A stretch of 56,435 nt of DNA from a virus (lineage: Duplodnaviria; Caudoviricetes), in IMG/VR virus record IMGVR_UViG_3300049437_000244, positions 1 through 56,435 of that record; one strand, 5' to 3'. A model generated the notes under the pieces. The model ran no database searches. It saw only the letters and a list, made by a program, of their open reading frames with translations, and was not told the origin of the DNA. Both the position numbers and the translations under genes were made by a program. Positions 54,850 to 56,435 of the stretch are shown here, in pieces (within the stretch, counting starts at the first letter, position 1; the number at the start of each line of letters is the position of its first letter).

Positions 54850-56132
54850 GCCGTCACCTCCGCTTCCTCCACGAACTGGATCGGCACCTGGACTCCACAG
54901 GCACGGCACGCCGAGGCGACTACCTCGCCGTATTCCCCTGCCGCGTACCCGAGAAACAGCGGGGCCACGGAGACCCGGAGGACTCCGTTCACCTCGCCGA
55001 CCTGGCGAGTCCCCCGGAACCAGGTCTCGAAGTCGCGTTCGTCGACGAGAGGCCGGAGCTGCTCGAGGACCCGCGGCCAGACGCCGCCCCCAGGTGGTGG
55101 GGGGGCCAGGGCCTCCGTCGGCGCTGCCGCCTTCCGTCGGGGGGCCGGCGGGTGGGCCCCGACGAGGGCGGGGGCCGGCGCCGAGTCCCGGAACGGTCGG
55201 TCGTACCGGCCCTCCTCGATTCGCGTCAGCGAGTCCGGCTTGAGCAGGAAGTCCAGCGTGACCCAGGCCTGCCCTGCGAGGTGCGGAAGTGCCGCGAGGT
55301 GCCGTACGGCGGCCATCCAGCGCTCGAGGTCGGGCACCGCGCGAAGCCGGGCCCTGGCGGCGCGTTCCCGGCCCGGTGGGAGGGCCTTGGCCTCGGGCAA
55401 ACGGCCGCGGTTCGAGTTCCAGACGGCGAGGAGCTGGCGCGGGGAAGGGGGGCGCGGCGCCCCCGCGGCAGTGGGGGTTCCACTCCCCTCTCCTTCCTGC
55501 TCCTGCTCCTGCTCCTGCTCCTGATTCCTGGAACGCTTCCTCGAACCGTTCATGGAATCGCTCCCATCTCCGTTGTCGGAGCCGTTCTCGGACTCGTCCC
55601 CGGAGCCGTTCCCGGAGGGACCACCGGAACCACTCCCGGACGAGTTCTCGGGAGGGTTCTTGGAGCCCTTCCCGGAACCGAACCGGAGACGGCCCCGCTC
55701 GTCCTCCTCCATCCCCAGCTCGAACACTTCCGGGAACCCCGAGGCGTTTCGCAGGACAACCGTCGCTTCGTCGCGGAGGGCGCACTCGGGGATCTCGGCG
55801 ATCGCACGTCGCCAGGCCTTGACCGTGTTCGGGTTCTCCGCGGGGTTGTACTTGACGGCTTTGGGGATCCAGACGACGCGCGCCTGCCAGTCCGCCTTGA
55901 CCATGTCGGCCGTCGAGAGCTCCGCGAAGCACCGACGGAACGCCGGCAGGGGCCAGTCGAGCATCTCCGCCAGGGCTGCTTCGCCAGCCGAAAAGAGGCC
56001 GGGCGCAGCCGTCGTCTGGGGGCCCGTGAGGAGGAACACCCAAAGATACCGAGCGTTCGGCTTCGGGCGCGAAAGGGCGACGAACTTCTCGTCACCCCAC
56101 ATCTTCACGTCGATCTTCCGGTGCCGCGCCAT
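54846..56132 (-). CDS. Phage replication initiator (N-terminal wHTH, C-terminal DnaA_N-like domain)
   Basis: MWGDEKF..LS...LW.FLLT, (EQ)n linker, TLDFLL...RIEEGRYD, W..VL..L.....DFETWF. Confidence 0.8.
   Translation of the reverse strand: MARHRKIDVKMWGDEKFVALSRPKPNARYLWVFLLTGPQTTAAPGLFSAGEAALAEMLDWPLPAFRRCFAELSTADMVKADWQARVVWIPKAVKYNPAENPNTVKAWRRAIAEIPECALRDEATVVLRNASGFPEVFELGMEEDERGRLRFGSGKGSKNPPENSSGSGSGGPSGNGSGDESENGSDNGDGSDSMNGSRKRSRNQEQEQEQEQEGEGSGTPTAAGAPRPPSPRQLLAVWNSNRGRLPEAKALPPGRERAARARLRAVPDLERWMAAVRHLAALPHLAGQAWVTLDFLLKPDSLTRIEEGRYDRPFRDSAPAPALVGAHPPAPRRKAAAPTEALAPPPPGGGVWPRVLEQLRPLVDERDFETWFRGTRQVGEVNGVLRVSVAPLFLGYAAGEYGEVVASACRACGVQVPIQFVEEAEVTA
55531..55684. repeat. Degenerate 12-bp-period repeats inside the initiator gene (candidate iterons/ori)
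   Basis: GAACCGTTCATG, GAGCCGTTCTCG, GAGCCGTTCCCG, GAACCACTCCCG and GAGCCCTTCCCG in 12-bp register. Confidence 0.55.
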
Positions 56133-56135
56133 GGG

Positions 56136-56435
56136 TCAGCCCTCCTTCGCCTTCTGGAGGGCTGCTCGCGCGTTCAGCCGAGCGAGCCGGAGGAGGGTTC
56201 CGAGGGTTGGGGGCGGGTTCCACGGGTCCGAGCCGTTCGCCCGGACGTATGCGGCAAGCTGGAGCTCCTCGAGGAGCACCCCATGCCCGGCCGAGGCCTC
56301 TGCCGACCTGCAGGCGTGCGTCACCTGACCCCAGGCCGTCATCGGCAAGTCGGCGCCCGGGCTGGCGAGGAGGCGCTCGACCTCGTCCAGCGCTGCCCTG
56401 AGAGTTGGGAGGGAGCGCGCGCGGCCGCGGGTCAC
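56136..56435 (-). CDS. Hypothetical protein
   Basis: 99-aa ORF upstream of the initiator, at the window edge. Confidence 0.55.
   Translation of the reverse strand: MTRGRARSLPTLRAALDEVERLLASPGADLPMTAWGQVTHACRSAEASAGHGVLLEELQLAAYVRANGSDPWNPPPTLGTLLRLARLNARAALQKAKEG

Larger units (their letters stand above)
1..56435. mobile_element. Temperate prophage (siphovirus-like tail, Mu-like head module), near-complete
   Basis: Integrase, xis, cI/cro, recombination, replication, terminase, portal, capsid, tail, tape measure and endolysin genes all present. att sites not visible because the window is trimmed to gene ends. Confidence 0.95.

Noticed and set aside
55495-55684. CRISPR array or mini-array
   Set aside because: The repeats are short, degenerate and in-frame with no spacers. 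The Cas4-like gene sits in a recombination module.

Overview
The window is one apparently complete, high-GC temperate (pro)phage with a long non-contractile tail and a Mu-like head module. It is trimmed from the integrase stop (nt 1) to the start of a gene upstream of the replication initiator (nt 56435). In coordinate order: int/xis and the early operon (1-11620, minus); the cro/cI switch; a plus-strand accessory cluster co-oriented with cI (12.5-21.5 kb); a tRNA-like element and hairpins (21.5-21.7 kb); tail, lysis, head and terminase genes (22.5-47.0 kb, minus); two morons (47.5-51.3 kb); a DNA-modification operon (51.4-54.0 kb); RusA and a replication initiator. The standout is an overlapping four-gene cassette: ParB-like protein, AroQ-type chorismate mutase, C5-cytosine DNA methyltransferase fold with Arg replacing the motif-X Asn, and a CmoA-like carboxy-SAM synthase. 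It reads as a self-supplying chorismate -> prephenate -> carboxy-SAM -> 5-carboxymethylcytosine DNA pathway. Also notable are a G3:U70, UUA-anticodon tRNA-like element and a bipartite CCTGTAGGAAA-N13-CGCAGC motif found upstream of accessory genes at three sites. All family calls come from motif recognition by eye; no searches were run.
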